A stretch of 64,000 nt of DNA from Octopus vulgaris (GCA_951406725.2 OX597837.1:43400001-43464000); one strand, 5' to 3'. Counted from the first letter of the stretch, positions 29,070 to 43,671 are shown. Notes: generated from the sequence alone by a model not told the origin. Translations and numbers: made by a program.

Positions 29070-29325
29070 GGGAGAATTCACGAAAGAAAACAACAAAAAA
29101 CGAAGACTGATGGTGTAGAAAACAAACAGATGTATTAGTATAACACTCAGGAATAGAAAAAGGTCTTTTACGTTTCGAGCCTACGCTCTTCTACAGAAAG
29201 GGACACAGAAAACAAGGAGAGAAAGAAGGAGAAAGAAAAGGAGAGAAAAAAAGGAGAGAAAAAAGGAGAGAAAAAGGAAAGAAAAAAGGAGAGAAAAAAT
29301 GTGTAGTTGCTAACGATCTATCACA
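29069..29325 (-). mobile_element. Family P1 repeat with minimal hammerhead motif
   Basis: Minus 29165-29200: CTTT-CTGTAGA-A-GAGC-GTAG-GCTC-GAAAC-GTA-AAAG; flanked by (TA)n. Confidence 0.72.
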
Positions 29326-31138
29326 TATATATATATACACACACATATGCAAATTGCAATGAATATCTTATTAGAAATAAAACCGGTTTGTAAGTATACA
29401 CTTGGGAATATCTAATTATAAATCTTTGTAGTTATGTGCTTCAGAGTGTGTAATAATATATTTTCAAATGATTTCAATGTAATAGGTTTCTGCTACTGTA
29501 GCCCCGAACCGCCTAATATCTGGTGAGAGGATATGGGAGAGAAAACCGGCGTGGATGCCCGTCTTATATGTGTGTGTGTTTGTTTGAGTGTATGTGTGTT
29601 GTGTGTGTGTATGTATGTGTTTATACCTGTATTATAAATATTTTAAGTATTCAAGTTTATGCATGCATACTTTTTCGTAACAGTGTAATGCTGTTCATAC
29701 TGAGCATGAAATTTACACTTTCCCTAATGAACAGTTTTCAGGTTTCTTGAAACAATGTATCCTATAAACAGTGTATGCGCATTATGTATGATACATTGAT
29801 AGCTATTTTAATTTAAACACGCAAAGCAGCTAGTTAGAAAAAGTGATGAAAGGAGCAACTATATTGAGATGCAATGCTTATCACCACTTCAACATATATT
29901 ATCTGTACAAATCAAAGTTACTACCGTTTCTAACCCCAGGAGGATCTGCACCTGATACGCCTGTTAGAAGATGGTAGTGTTTCGCTGTTCTACTTGTAGT
30001 ATATATATCAGATGCAGACTGCTTCGGTAACCAGCTGGAGGAGGATCCTCCTAGGGTTAAAAGCGGTTGTAAAGTCTCTTCCTACAGAACAGACATATTG
30101 AAATGGCAATAGACGTTAGTTCTATTTTAATTTAATATTATTTTAAATATTTTAATTTAATTAAATTGCGTATATCATAATTTTATACACTCATTATATA
30201 TGCAAATTGAAATGAATATTTTATTTAGAACCTTGGAATATTAAAGTGTATATCTTTGTAATCATATATTTCAGAGAATTTAATTATATATTTTGAAATT
30301 ATTTCAATGAAGGAATGTAATTTGGAAAAAGTAATCTTGGAGTGATTCCGTTGTAGTAATATATTTCGGATATGATTCTTTCGAATATGTAATAATGCTT
30401 TTTGAAAGAATTTCAGTGTGATATTCTTTTTGAATACATATTATTCTCTTATTCGTTTATGCGTTTCAGCCCAAAGATTGTGGTTATGTTTGGGCACCGT
30501 TAGTGTGGTCACTATTTGAAATTTCAACTCACTTGTTTAATCATAAGCATGAATAACAAAATAAGAAATAAGTGGAGATTTTACCGGTGAGTGTGTTACA
30601 TTATAATGCACAAAAAGAACACAACAGAATATGCTTCAATACACGAATTCACATAAAGAATCTTGCAAACCAAATCCCAAAACGAAATGAATAACAAAAG
30701 ATTTCTCTAAAATCTTAACCGAAACGCCGAAACAATTAATGTTATCAACACCCGTATCACTCCAATTAGACTCCAAACCTTTTTGATAAATTTTAAGTAG
30801 TAATAATTAAGAAGAGCTTTAATTTTAAACGAAAACAGTATCTATATTATATATCTACATCTGTTAGTGTCTGATTTCTTTCTTATCTTTAAGTCCTCAG
30901 TAAAACTACATTCACAAGACGCTAAGCACGAGACACGGGATACACATGGCCAAAATAGACAACCCAACCATTATGAGATTGACAAACTTTACTAATTACT
31001 TTACCTGCAAACGAAAAGTGTCCATTATCGAACTGAAATTTAATCAAATCTTTTAATTTATCTTATTCATACTCCAATAAAACCATTGTACATTATACAT
31101 GAAGCCTCTCTATTCTTAATTGAAACATATTTCCTCGT

Positions 31139-31350
31139 AAGGCGACGAGCTGGCAGAAACGTTAGCGGTATTTCGTCTGCCGTTACGTTTTGAGTTCAAA
31201 TTCCGCCGAGGTCGACTTTGCCTTTCATCCTTGCGGGGTCGATAAATTAAGTACCAGTTACGCACTGGGGTCGATTATATCGACTTAATCCGTTTGTCTG
31301 TCCTTGTTTGTCCCCTCTGCGTTTAGCCCCTTGTGGGTAGTAAAGAAATA
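31139..31350 (+). mobile_element. SINE family B monomer with 15-bp TSD
   Basis: TSD GAAA(C/T)ATATTTCCTC at 31122-31136 and 31351-31365. Confidence 0.9.
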
Positions 31351-31547
31351 GAAATATATTTCCTCATCATTGGCAAGGACTCGTTTCCGGGTATTTAGTA
31401 ATTTCAGTTCAGAGGTAGAAGAGTTATTTGTGCTGTGGGAGATGATGCGGCCCTCTGATGGCTAAGAGACCCAGTTCTTGATTTAAGCGGCCTACACCAA
31501 ATATATTAATTTAAATGTTTACCTATCAGTTTTAAATATAAACTAGT

Positions 31548-31933
31548 GGAATGGAAGCTCTCCGTCGGTTACGACGATGAGGGTTCCGGTTGATCCGACC
31601 AACGGAACAGCCTGCTCATGAAATTAACGTGTAAGTGGCTGAGCACTCCACAGACACGTGTACCCTTAACGTAGTTCTCGGGGATATTCAGCGTGACACA
31701 GAGAGTGACAAGGCCGGCCCCTTGAAATACAGGTACAACAGAAACAGGAAGAAAGAGTGATAGAAAGTTGTGGTGAAAGAGTACAGCAGGGATCACCACC
31801 ATCCCTGCCGGAGCCTCGTGGAGCTTTTAGGTGTTTTCGCTCAATAAACACTCACAACGCCCGGTCTGGGAATCGAAACCGCGATCCTACGACCGCAAGT
31901 CCGCTGCCCTAACCACTGGGCCATTGCGCCTCC
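31548..31933 (-). mobile_element. SINE family A, full length
   Basis: Reverse complement of 1984-2375; TSD TATAAA(C/T)TAGT at 31537-31547 and 31934-31944. Confidence 0.92.
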
Positions 31934-31969
31934 TATAAATTAGTAATAGAGTAGAGAATAATACACATA

Positions 31970-32100
31970 GGAGCAGGCGTGGCTGTGTCGTAAGAAGCTT
32001 GCTTCCCAACCACATGGTTCTGGGTTCAGTCCAACTTCGTGGCACCCTGGGTGTCTTCTACTGTAGCCTTGCGTCGACCAAAGCTTTGTGAGTGGATTTC
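31970..32100 (+). mobile_element. SINE family C, 5' part
   Basis: GGCGTGGCTGTGTCGTAAGAAGCTTGCTTCCCAACCACATGGTTCTGGGTTCAGTCC. Confidence 0.8.
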
Positions 32101-32635
32101 GTTTCTACTCCGGCTGTAAATATTCGGTTTCGTCTCTCAGCACCCTGTTTTTATTGGCACTGGTGTTTCTTTTTGTACTTCACTGAAGTTTGAAAGGCTT
32201 ACCCTCTGATACTGATTATCAACAGACAGCTGAGTAGACACAGACGGTGAAAGTTGACTCAATGTCTTATTTTGAAGTAGAATATTCGCCTCTCATACAC
32301 TAACCAGTTGTTCATGTATAGCGGAAACAGAATCATCTCTAAGTCTACTTGCATATTCAGACATTTCTTTCCGTTGCTTTGCGCTGGTTTTATCTGATTC
32401 AGTTGCCCGTATTTCTCTCTGCCGTTGTGCTTCTTCTACTAAATGTTCTTTTTCAGTCACACTTTTTTGGACGCCCCATCTTGAATTGTAAAATTCTAAT
32501 GTGATATTTGTGTAATAACGAAATCGAACCTGTAGTTTGTGTGTGTGTGTGTGTGTGTTTGTGTGGTTATATTACAGATACAGTGTGTGTTTTTATATTA
32601 GAGAGACACTGTGTGAGTGTATTTGTATTTGTGTG

Positions 32636-32680
<45 letters not shown>

Positions 32681-32683
32681 GGA

Positions 32684-32751
<68 letters not shown>

Positions 32752-33168
32752 ACACTGCAAACAATGAATGAAATAAACATGAAATGAAAAAGCTCATTAA
32801 AACCTATCTTGTACCGAATATTTAAATTTGTGAACTTGAGCTATTCAATAATAAAAGGAAGTTCAGAAAGGACATTTTCCTGAAAACTTCAATTTATAAA
32901 AAATCGCACTTGCTTAGTAAATATTTCTTTCATTAAATTATCGTAGTTGTTATATATCTCTAATTTGAACAAACTTCAAAGTAACCCAACCACGTTTAGT
33001 GTGCTAGAAATAGCAGCGATAAAAACAGGCGTACGGCAAAAATCACTTCTTAATATAAAAAGAAAATTATACCATTATATTAAAAAATTTTGATTTTATC
33101 AAAATTATTCATTTAACAAACTCCGGAAATTGATATTATTCTTCAAATTGTGCAGCTATTTTGTTTAA

Positions 33169-33572
33169 TACTCTTTTTACTCTTTACTCTTTTACTTGTT
33201 TCAGTCATTTGACTGCGGCCATGCTGGAGCACCGCCTTTAGTCGAGCAAATCGACCCCGGGACTTATTCTTTGTAAGCCCAGTACTTATTGTATCGGTCT
33301 CTTTTGCCGAACCGCTAAGTGACGGGGACGTAAACACACCAGCATCGGTTGTCAAGCAATGCTAGAGGGACAAACACAGACACACAAACATATGCATACA
33401 CATACATATATATATACGACAGGCTTCTTTCAGTTTCCGTCTACCAAATCCACTCACAAGGCATTGGTCGGCCCGAGGCTATAGCAGAAGACACTTGCCC
33501 AAGATGCCACGCAGTGGGACTGAACCCAGAACCATGTGGTTGGTAGGCAAGCTACTTACCACACAGCCACTC
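33169..33572 (-). mobile_element. SINE family C, full length
   Basis: Reverse complement of 10383-10791 with few differences. Confidence 0.92.
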
Positions 33573-34019
33573 TAATAGCAGTCATTCAATAAATAAATAA
33601 TTTGTTTTACATTATGTACATAGAATAAATTGTGGGTTTTGCCAATAGTGAGTTAAAACATGAAATAGAAACATTGAAATGAATATATATTAGATTATTA
33701 TTAATGAAAATAGAGTCGCGAGAGAGTGAGAGACTGCTACAAATGAAAACGGAAAATTTACCCTGAAACGAATTAATATAATATATTAAACGTTAAAATC
33801 TACTCCTCAGTGAATGCAACGTTTATTTAAATTTGTAAAAAACTTGTAGTTCAAATATTCAATAAACTTTAGAAATCGAACTTACAGGAATTTTTTTGAA
33901 CATGGATTTATAAATAATTTTCTAGACGGTCAAGCCTTTAATAATTGCTTTCCTTTAGTAACTGTTATATAGCTAATTAATAAGCAGCTTTCTCCTTTAT
34001 AATATAGATGCGTGTGGGT

Positions 34020-34075
<56 letters not shown>

Positions 34076-34153
34076 CTTTAGTTACTAAAGTATAGGCAAG
34101 AACGTCCAACCTTCTTGCCGATACTTTAACAAGATTATATATATAAATATACA

Positions 34154-34297
34154 TATAAACAAGAAGAAAGCAACAAGAATGGATTAGTTTTTCAGTACAA
34201 TTGTTTCATACGAAGACCAGCTTTATAAAGCTGGTCTTCGTATGAAAGAATTGTACTGAAAAACTCATCCATTCTTGTTGCTTTTTTCTTGTTTATA
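34154..34297. repeat. Spacer-less palindrome, 72-bp arms, 3 mismatches
   Basis: Centre CTTTA|TAAAG at 34225/34226; arms pair out to TATAAAC...GTTTATA. Confidence 0.95.
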
Positions 34298-35264
34298 ATC
34301 ACCCCACATTATTTTAGGGTTAATACCATATAGTTTTCTGGTGCATCTAAGTTAAGTACCGCATTCAAGTGAATTCAATAGAACTCACTTGAATCTTAAT
34401 TGCTTTTACTAAATATACATATACATATACAGCAAATATATGTCGCTTATACCTCAAGTATTTATTGTCAATAAAGTTTGTTATACTAGAACTGCTTCTA
34501 TTTCATATTTGAATATATGTATGTGTGTTTGCGTGTGTGTGTATGTGTTAGTGTGTGTATGTGTGTGTGCTTGTGGGTATATATATAGGTATACATGTAT
34601 TTATATGTGTGCGTTGGTGTGTGTGTATGTGTGTGTTCGTATGCATGCATATATGTATATATGTATGTATGCATGTATGTATGTATGTATGTATGTATGT
34701 ATGTATGTATGTATGTATGTATGTATGTATGTATGTGTTAGTATAACCCACCCAAAACCAACGTTAAACTACTCATTAAAAGTATGGATAAAGCAGGTGA
34801 TTAGAAGAATAGCAACAGCCTGATTTGTAATCTGATTATTATAGCCACATGTTTTTACTTTAAGCAATCTCCCTAGCAACATGGAATCTCTTCCTTGTTT
34901 TACTAGGCTTTATCCACTTAATACCAAATATAAATTGCCTGCTAAACTAAATTCAAAATAGTTAGTTGCCCTCCCATGGTGGTAACGTCTTCAATACTCC
35001 TGTAATATAAAGGTTACACGTCTCTGAAGATTTTACAATGCACTTCGTTTAAGTAGCTTACATTATATAAGAAAATTTCCTTTTGCTATTAATGAAATGC
35101 ACGTAAAATGGTGTAACTAAATATTATATAACTGAATGTTATATTTTGCTTTCTACATGTACTTTTCTACGCACCTTAGGTCCCGATAAACTACAAATAT
35201 GACAGACAACACCTGAGATTCCAAGTAGTGGCTATCTGTTTTGCATGTCTACACACACACGCAC

Positions 35265-35311
<47 letters not shown>

Positions 35312-35413
35312 CACACACACACACACATATGTACATATATATATATATAAACATAAATGTATTATATATGCATGTATGTATATATACATATATACATACA
35401 CACACATACACAC

Positions 35414-35449
<36 letters not shown>

Positions 35450-35456
35450 ATAGTTC

Positions 35457-35646
35457 AAAAACACAATGGACCGGTAATTAAATTATGGGAGAAGAGAAGT
35501 GAAATAATTAGGGATTCCATATAACCCTATATACACACATGCACATATACATGTAAATGTGCATGTGTGTGTATATGGTTATAGGGAATGCCTAATTATT
35601 TCACTTCTCTACTCCCCTAATTTAATTATCAGTCCATTGTCTTTTT
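35457..35646. repeat. Spacer-less imperfect palindrome, ~95-bp arms
   Basis: Centre TACA|TGTA at 35551/35552; ACAATGGAC (35463) pairs with GTCCATTGT (35640); AGAGAAGTGAAATAATTAGG pairs with CCTAATTATTTCACTTCTCT. Confidence 0.92.
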
Positions 35647-35996
35647 ACATATCACCATTATTCATATTTTTGCATGGGTATGCCTGCATTATCATTATTG
35701 CTATTTATATTAATTTATTACTATAACTATTTTTATTATTAATGCATATATTTTAAAAATTAATGGTACACTGTATTCTTCGGTTTTAAGGCTTTCATTT
35801 TTTAAAAAATATGATAAATTTGTGCGTCTTTCTCTAAAGGTATTCACACTTGTAGTAATTAACTATATTGATTTGGTAAAATTTAATTAAATGTGGTTGA
35901 TTTTATGCTGCAAGAGATGAATTGAAACAACTGAAGGTTTGCCTTGTCAATGTATTAATAAACTTTTATTAATCTTATCTCTAACTTCTCTCTTGG

Positions 35997-36149
<153 letters not shown>

Positions 36150-36264
36150 GGTATTTCGGGCTGGTCAATTTTAATTTTCCTTTCTTTCTAGCCAAATAAA
36201 CCCACGAACAATATATTTGCTTTTCACTCGTTTATTGCTGTTCTTATTCTAACTGAAGTCCATT

Positions 36265-36309
36265 GTCCGGAAGTATTTCGTCACACATCTGTGACCTCTT
36301 CAGCGGCAC
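36265..36309 (-). ncRNA. Minimal type-I hammerhead ribozyme motif
   Basis: Minus: GTGCCG-CTGAAGA-G-GTCACA-GATG-TGTGAC-GAAA-TACT-TC-CGGAC; 6-bp stem II, stem I CCG/CGG. Confidence 0.6.
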
Positions 36310-36380
36310 TTTCCGTCTTCGTGTTTGCTCTAGGTCCACTTACACCATTCGACTCTCCTACACAAATGCATAAACGTAAT

Positions 36381-36434
<54 letters not shown>

Positions 36435-36663
36435 TGATATATATTGATGTATAGAGGTAAGATCCAAGGATTTTGATCGAATCCTCCGTGTGTAAGCATG
36501 GATCTCCCAACGGCAGTGTACATTTTATATAACCAAGATACCCTTGATCTGAAGAGAAGCCTGCTCTATACACTTTGCTTGGATAATTACCACGTCCTAG
36601 TTTCCGCTCACTATGAAACATATTTAGCCCGGATTTTATCTACACCATTCCTCTTAATTTTGG

Positions 36664-36747
<84 letters not shown>

Positions 36748-36750
36748 CGT

Positions 36751-37040
36751 GTGGAGACACATGGCCTAGTGGTTAGAGCAGCGGACTCACGGTCGAAGGA
36801 TTGAGGTTTCGAATCTCAGAACGTGTGGTGCGTGTTTATGAGCGAAAACACCTAAGCTCTACGCGGCTTCGGCTGTGGTGGGGGTGGCGACTCCTGTTGT
36901 ACTCATTCGCCTCAACTTTCTCTCACATTTTCTTCCTGTTTCTTGAGTAACTAGCTCCCCGTCCAGCTGGGGTGAACGCATGCGCCATAGAAAACAGGAA
37001 ACCGGGCTCATGAGCCTGGCTAGGCTTGAAAAGGGCGCAG
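36751..37040 (+). mobile_element. SINE family D-type copy
   Basis: A-type head; tail CCCCGTCCAGCTGGGG...GAAACCGGGCTCATGAGCCTGGCTAGGCTTGAAAAGGGCGCA (tail also present inverted at ~45621-45677). Confidence 0.8.
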
Positions 37041-37073
37041 AAAAAAAGTATATATATATAAATATTTATATAA

Positions 37074-37460
<387 letters not shown>

Positions 37461-37956
37461 ATTGGAGTATATGTGTATAGTTTAATGTAATATAGTATAG
37501 AATGCGTTTATGCACAACTGTTTGTGCGTGCGATCGTGTATTCATGTGAAAGCATTTATCTATTCCTACAAATACGGAATCAAAAGAATGTGATTACCGA
37601 AAGAGGAAGAACTCTGAAAGTTTTGGCCAACAGAACAAAGAGAAAATACATGAAAATAATATGTACAAAAATATATATATATGTAATTGTAACATAAATC
37701 GAAAAACAAATATGTTGTAATGTATAGGAATGTAGACTTGGATCCGAATGTGACGTAGAATGAAGGGGGACAGATGAGGATAGAGGAGTAGAAGACGGAG
37801 GAGGGAAAGAAATAGGAGAAGAGAGGAGAAGAAAAGGATAAAGAGGAAAAGTAAAAAATGTAAAGAAGATGAGGATCAAGGTAAAAAGTAAGCTGTAGAA
37901 GAAAATGTAAAAGGATGAAGATGAGGAATTATAACAACAGTATATATAGTAAAGAT

Positions 37957-37985
37957 GAATAATAATAATGATAATAATAATGATG

Positions 37986-38016
<31 letters not shown>

Positions 38017-38066
38017 TAATAATAATAATAATAACAATAATAATGATAATAATAATGATAATAATG

Positions 38067-38103
<37 letters not shown>

Positions 38104-38476
38104 TTGATGATGATGATGATGATAAGAAGAAGATAAAAGTGAGGAAGAGGTAGAGAGGGGAAGAGAAAGTGGAAGCAAAAAGATGAAAATTCGATATGAC
38201 AACAGCGACAGTAATACAGATAATAATATTGTGAAGAAGAAGAAGAAGAAGAGAAAAATTTAAGAAAAAGAATGATGAAGAAGAAGAAGAAGAAAAAGAA
38301 GACGAAGAAAAAAGAAGACGAAGAAGAAAAAGAAAGAAGAAAAAGAAAAAGAAGAAAAAGAAGACGACAAAGAAGAAGAAAAAGAAGAGGAAAGATGAAG
38401 AAAAAGAATGAAGAAGAAGAAGAAGAAGAAGAAGAAGAAGAAGAAGAAGAAGAAGAAGAAGAAGAAGAAGAAGAAA
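37957..38476. repeat. (TAA/TGA)n and (GAA)n microsatellite cluster
   Basis: Directly visible. Confidence 0.93.
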
Positions 38477-38780
38477 TAGCAGGGAATATGAAAAAAAAGA
38501 GGGAAAGAAGCGAAGATTTTTCGCAGATCAAACGTTCCAATATACCATTATTAATTCCTGAAAGTTGCGTGCTAAGATCTTTGAGTTTTGCAAAAGCGAA
38601 AATAAAAGGTAAATCTTAGAGAGTCATTTCTTGGTATTAATTGAGAGAGATTCCAGTTGCCATCTTGGCACCAAATGGTATTACATCTAATGACAACTTG
38701 CCCAACATCGCAGATGGAATCCGTGTCCTAATGATCAGAACAAGATCTGTTTGTATAGATACATGCACACATGTATATAC

Positions 38781-38858
<78 letters not shown>

Positions 38859-39220
38859 GTATATATATATACATATATATATATATGTATATATATCTAT
38901 ATATATATATATATATACACATATATATATGTGTATATATATATGTATATATATATACATATATATATGTATGTATATACATTCATATATATGCACATAC
39001 ATATATATATACATATACATATATATATATATATGTATAATAAAATATTAGGGAATAAATCCAAACTTACATATATATATACACACATATATATATATGT
39101 ATATATATATACATATATACATATATACATACATATATATATACACACATATATATATATATGTATACATATATATATATTTATATATATATGCACATAT
39201 ATATATATATATACATATAC

Positions 39221-39260
<40 letters not shown>

Positions 39261-40133
39261 GCATACATTTATACATACACTCACACATACACATATATAT
39301 ACGTAAATGTAAGGCTGTATTGGTCGTTGTGGATATATGTATATAGCTGTTTGTTTCTTTGTTCGTTTTGTAAGTTTGCATACATAAGTGTGTGTTCATA
39401 TGCGTTTGATTGTGCGTGTGTGTGTAAGTGTTAGTGCGCGTGCGCGCGTTTCTTCCGTGATTGTGTCTCTGAGTGCATGTGGAAAACTGTTTTTCTCCCA
39501 CGTGCACATACATTAGGTGTATGCGTATATTCGGTACACGTGACTTAGCATATGACACTGTATTATCTTTGAGTCACGTGTGTTGGCAGGTGTGACTGCA
39601 AGGCCTATGTATATTTAAATGATTTGTATGTGCATCTTGTAGTGGGCCCCTGGTTCGGAATTTGCAGTATTTTGAGGAGCCTGGACCCACCTCATAGCCT
39701 CTATTTCTTCCCAGGTCTCCTCCCACCTGAGCTTTTGCACCTGTTAATATCCCAGGCATAGGTTAAGTAGTATATTGACAACTGGGTGTCAAGGATCGCT
39801 AATTACCGTTAGAACTTCCTTCTCGGAAAAGGCAAACTTATTTAAAAAACAAACAGTCGTGACACCGGTGTTGGGTTTGCGCTGAAAAGTGACTCCGGTG
39901 CTGTGCAACTATTTTTATTCATTTCATTTGCCATAGAGGCAGTACTGAGATGGGTAGCTTTGCGGGCTGGACAAGACATTGATGAGATGAATGATAATAA
40001 TACAGGATGCTGTGCAACTATTTACCCGCCCAAAACAAATTCACGCACAGGAAATTCTTGAACTCTTTCTTTCAAAGAAGTGATCATGTTGTGTCAGGAA
40101 TCGACTGTCAGCAAACACACACACACACGCACA

Positions 40134-40197
<64 letters not shown>

Positions 40198-40530
40198 ATG
40201 AATGAGGGAAACGGAAAATGAAGTTAGCAAGAATCCATTTTCTGTCACCCTCATTCATTATAAACTCAGCGAGCACCGCGGAATTCCCGGGGTAGATCCC
40301 GTGACACGTATATCTTAACTGTGGATGACATCAGCTAGCCTAAACGGTGTACGTGCTTTAATCGGCATACTACAAGACATACGCAGAGTCCAAATAATTA
40401 GTTATATATATATATGTGTGTGTGTATGTGTACATGCACAAACACACATATACTTAAATATTTGTAACTCTATTTGTACATAATATATGCATATATACAC
40501 ATACACACACACACATATATATATGTATAA

Positions 40531-40608
<78 letters not shown>

Positions 40609-40993
40609 GTGTGTACAATGATATCTATATAACAATGTATCATAATAATATATATTCTCAGATTTAAAGCGACATTTAAACACTTGAAGAACGAGGAGCC
40701 TCCGGGCTTTTTTACAAATATATGTAATACTAGACATTTAAGTATCTATACATAAAATTTGACTGAAATTTATGGGTGAGCGTTCTAGTTCAATCGGATG
40801 CGCAAGGAGCCATGTTATCGTTGATATGTGGGTTCGATTATAGCCTGAGTTAGCTTAGTATTTTTCAGTCAATTGTTTAGATTAATGTAGATTTGAATCA
40901 GTGTGTCTGTATATATTATTATTATGATATATTATATCAAAAGGCTTTTGTACTCGCTTTTTCGCGTAACTTATCAAGCCTCCGGCTTTTCTT

Positions 40994-41039
<46 letters not shown>

Positions 41040-41145
41040 TATATTCGTACGTACCTGCTTACGTACATACACACATACTGGAACATAATATGTATGAGGT
41101 ACTACTATCTCTAAGAGACAAATCCTATGCTTGTTCGTGTGTGGT

Positions 41146-41186
<41 letters not shown>

Positions 41187-41660
41187 AAACTACACAGATA
41201 CATGTACATCTATACAGTAAATATATTGTCATGCAAGCTGTTGCACTAATGATGGACATATAATCATGCTTGCGAGTAAGTACAATGGATAGGTGTATAA
41301 ATGTAGATGACCATAATGCATGCACTGATGCGCAATTACGCATCTGCACACACACACACACACAGCTCCACGCTCATATGTATACATACGTATATACATA
41401 CGTACATAGATGCGTATATACCTCAATATATGCATGTATATATGAATATATATATATATAAACAAGCACACATATACACATTCATACACACATACTTGCG
41501 TATGCATATAACGCATATATACATGCATAAATGCATACATACATATATCTATCTATCTATCTATATATATATATAATCATATATATATATGCATACATAT
41601 ACATATACATATACATACATATGCATACAAATATGCATATATATATATATGTGTGTGTGA

Positions 41661-41691
<31 letters not shown>

Positions 41692-41713
41692 CATGTATGA
41701 TTGTCTGTGTGTT

Positions 41714-41777
<64 letters not shown>

Positions 41778-42239
41778 CGATCCTGGTGCGCATGACGGTG
41801 CTACCCCTAAGTGAATTACCTAATGCATGTGTTAGGTCTGAAACATACTGAATAATAATATGTTTGATGAAAACCGTTTGACAGTACTCACAGCGATTTG
41901 ATTATAAGGAAGAATCTTGTATAGAACTGTCCATTCAACTTGGTCTTGGGGATAACACCGAATTTCGGTAAATATGTCACGAACACAGAACCGTTTCGTA
42001 TCAGTTTCCGCGCTCATAGAAAGCATGTCACTCAAGGCTGAAGAGAAGTAATTCTCATCTAATTTGACAGATTACGCGCCATTCACCAGTCCGATATTTG
42101 AAAAGTACTGAAGATATTTAATAATAACAGCAGTAAGATAAGTTACACTTGCCCTCAAAACTTAGTTGCTTCTGTGTAAAGGCAATATGAGCAGGAAAAC
42201 ATCGTGTGCGAATACATATATGCCTCCTCGTATATATAA

Positions 42240-42660
42240 ATGCAGCAACTGGTATGTGGTATGTGTCTTTCTAGGGTTGTGTGTGAAGATGTATGGAAGT
42301 ATTTTTAGATCAAGTGTAGTATTTCGGTTAACTTCGCTTAATGTTTGTGTATCTATTCCATTCGCTCGTTTAATCCCATCATTTATTAATGATGTTGGGT
42401 AATGTCTGCTGATTAGTGTTGATTTAAGTTCAAGGAGTCTTTGTTCATGAGTATTGATATCCGAAACTATGGTACAGATTCTTTCCGCTAGATAATAAGG
42501 TAAATTACTTTTTATGTGTTTGGGGTCGCATGAGTTTAATAATAGGTATTGTTTTGAATATGTGGGTTTATTGAACATGTCCGTTTCGATGTGGTTATTG
42601 ACTATATTAATTACGATGTCAAGAAAGGGAAGTTGTTTATTGCCGTGTTCCATGGTACCA
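42240..42660 (-). pseudogene. Penelope-like element RT C-terminal/thumb fragment
   Basis: QLPFLDIVINIVNNHIETDMFNKPTYSKQYLLLNSCDPKHIKSNLPYYLAERICTIVSD...RLLELKSTLISRHYPTSLINDGIKRA matches the PLE pattern LPFLD..T..Y.KPT...YL...S.HP......Y....R...I.S....L..R.YP. Confidence 0.88.
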
Positions 42661-43274
42661 TATCTTCTCCCTCTAGCAACGCATTTAATTTCATTCCAGA
42701 TGGGCTTCAAGCACTTTCCAATAAGTTATTTTGATGTATGGTCAATTTTTTTGTATTTTGGTGATAGTGTTTATGAATTACAGTACTTCGTTTGGTGTGC
42801 CGTGAGATTTTACTAAGGGGTGTTAAAGAGACATTTGTGCCGTTTTTCTGAATTAGATTTTTGAACTTTTTCCGATGTTTCACATTTATGTTTAGTTGCT
42901 CTTGGTATACTTTTGTTACAGATGCGAAACCGCTACTGTTAAGTTTAATATCCTATTTTCGAGGTTTATAGTTGTTTTACTGGTTGTGGTAGCATTGGGA
43001 ATTGTCGGTGTGCTTTCGTCTGAAAATCCTTCATCCCTACCTCCTGTTCGTAATGTGGGGGAGGAGGAAACGTTGCTTCGTATATTTCAGTTTGGAGTGC
43101 ATAGCCCTCTTTATGACTGGAGGTCATGTTTGGAAAATGTATACAATTTCGGGCCAAAACAATACACTGTAAAATTAAAATTCGCCCCAGTAGGGAGAAT
43201 TTTTTAGCCGAAAAATTTTCCCCGCCAACAAGCAAGTTCAGTTTAAATGACTAATAAATGTCCAACATAAAATT

Positions 43275-43452
43275 ATATATACATATATACGACAAGCTCT
43301 TTCAGTTTCCGTCTATCAAATCAACCCAAATGATTTTGATCGATTCGATGCTGCAGTCGAAGACATTTGCCAAAATTGCCACAAACTCGGATTGAACGCG
43401 AAGCCAAGTGGTTGCGAAGCAAAACTTCTTACCAAACAGCCACGCCTGTGCC
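43275..43452 (-). mobile_element. SINE family C 5' part, diverged
   Basis: TTCAGTTTCCGTCTATCAAATC...CTTCTTACCAAACAGCCACGCCTG. Confidence 0.7.
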
Positions 43453-43612
43453 TCCACACACACACATTATACACCACACACTTATACACAAAAACGTATA
43501 TTCAGCTATATTTTCAGTTTGATATTGCTTTGTCGTTTTCGAGCTTGCTTGTAAATAGTAACGTTAATTAAACCTAGACACACACATATCTGTATGCAAA
43601 ATCCTACACACA

Positions 43613-43671
<59 letters not shown>

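Noticed and set aside
38641-38760. Short non-repetitive stretch open on both strands as an exon
   Set aside because: No convincing splice-site pair or recognisable peptide
39930-40075. EAVLRWV peptide resembling a BTB-Kelch BACK-domain motif after an AG
   Set aside because: Only seven residues match, the rest is unlike BACK, and the frame stops without a donor site
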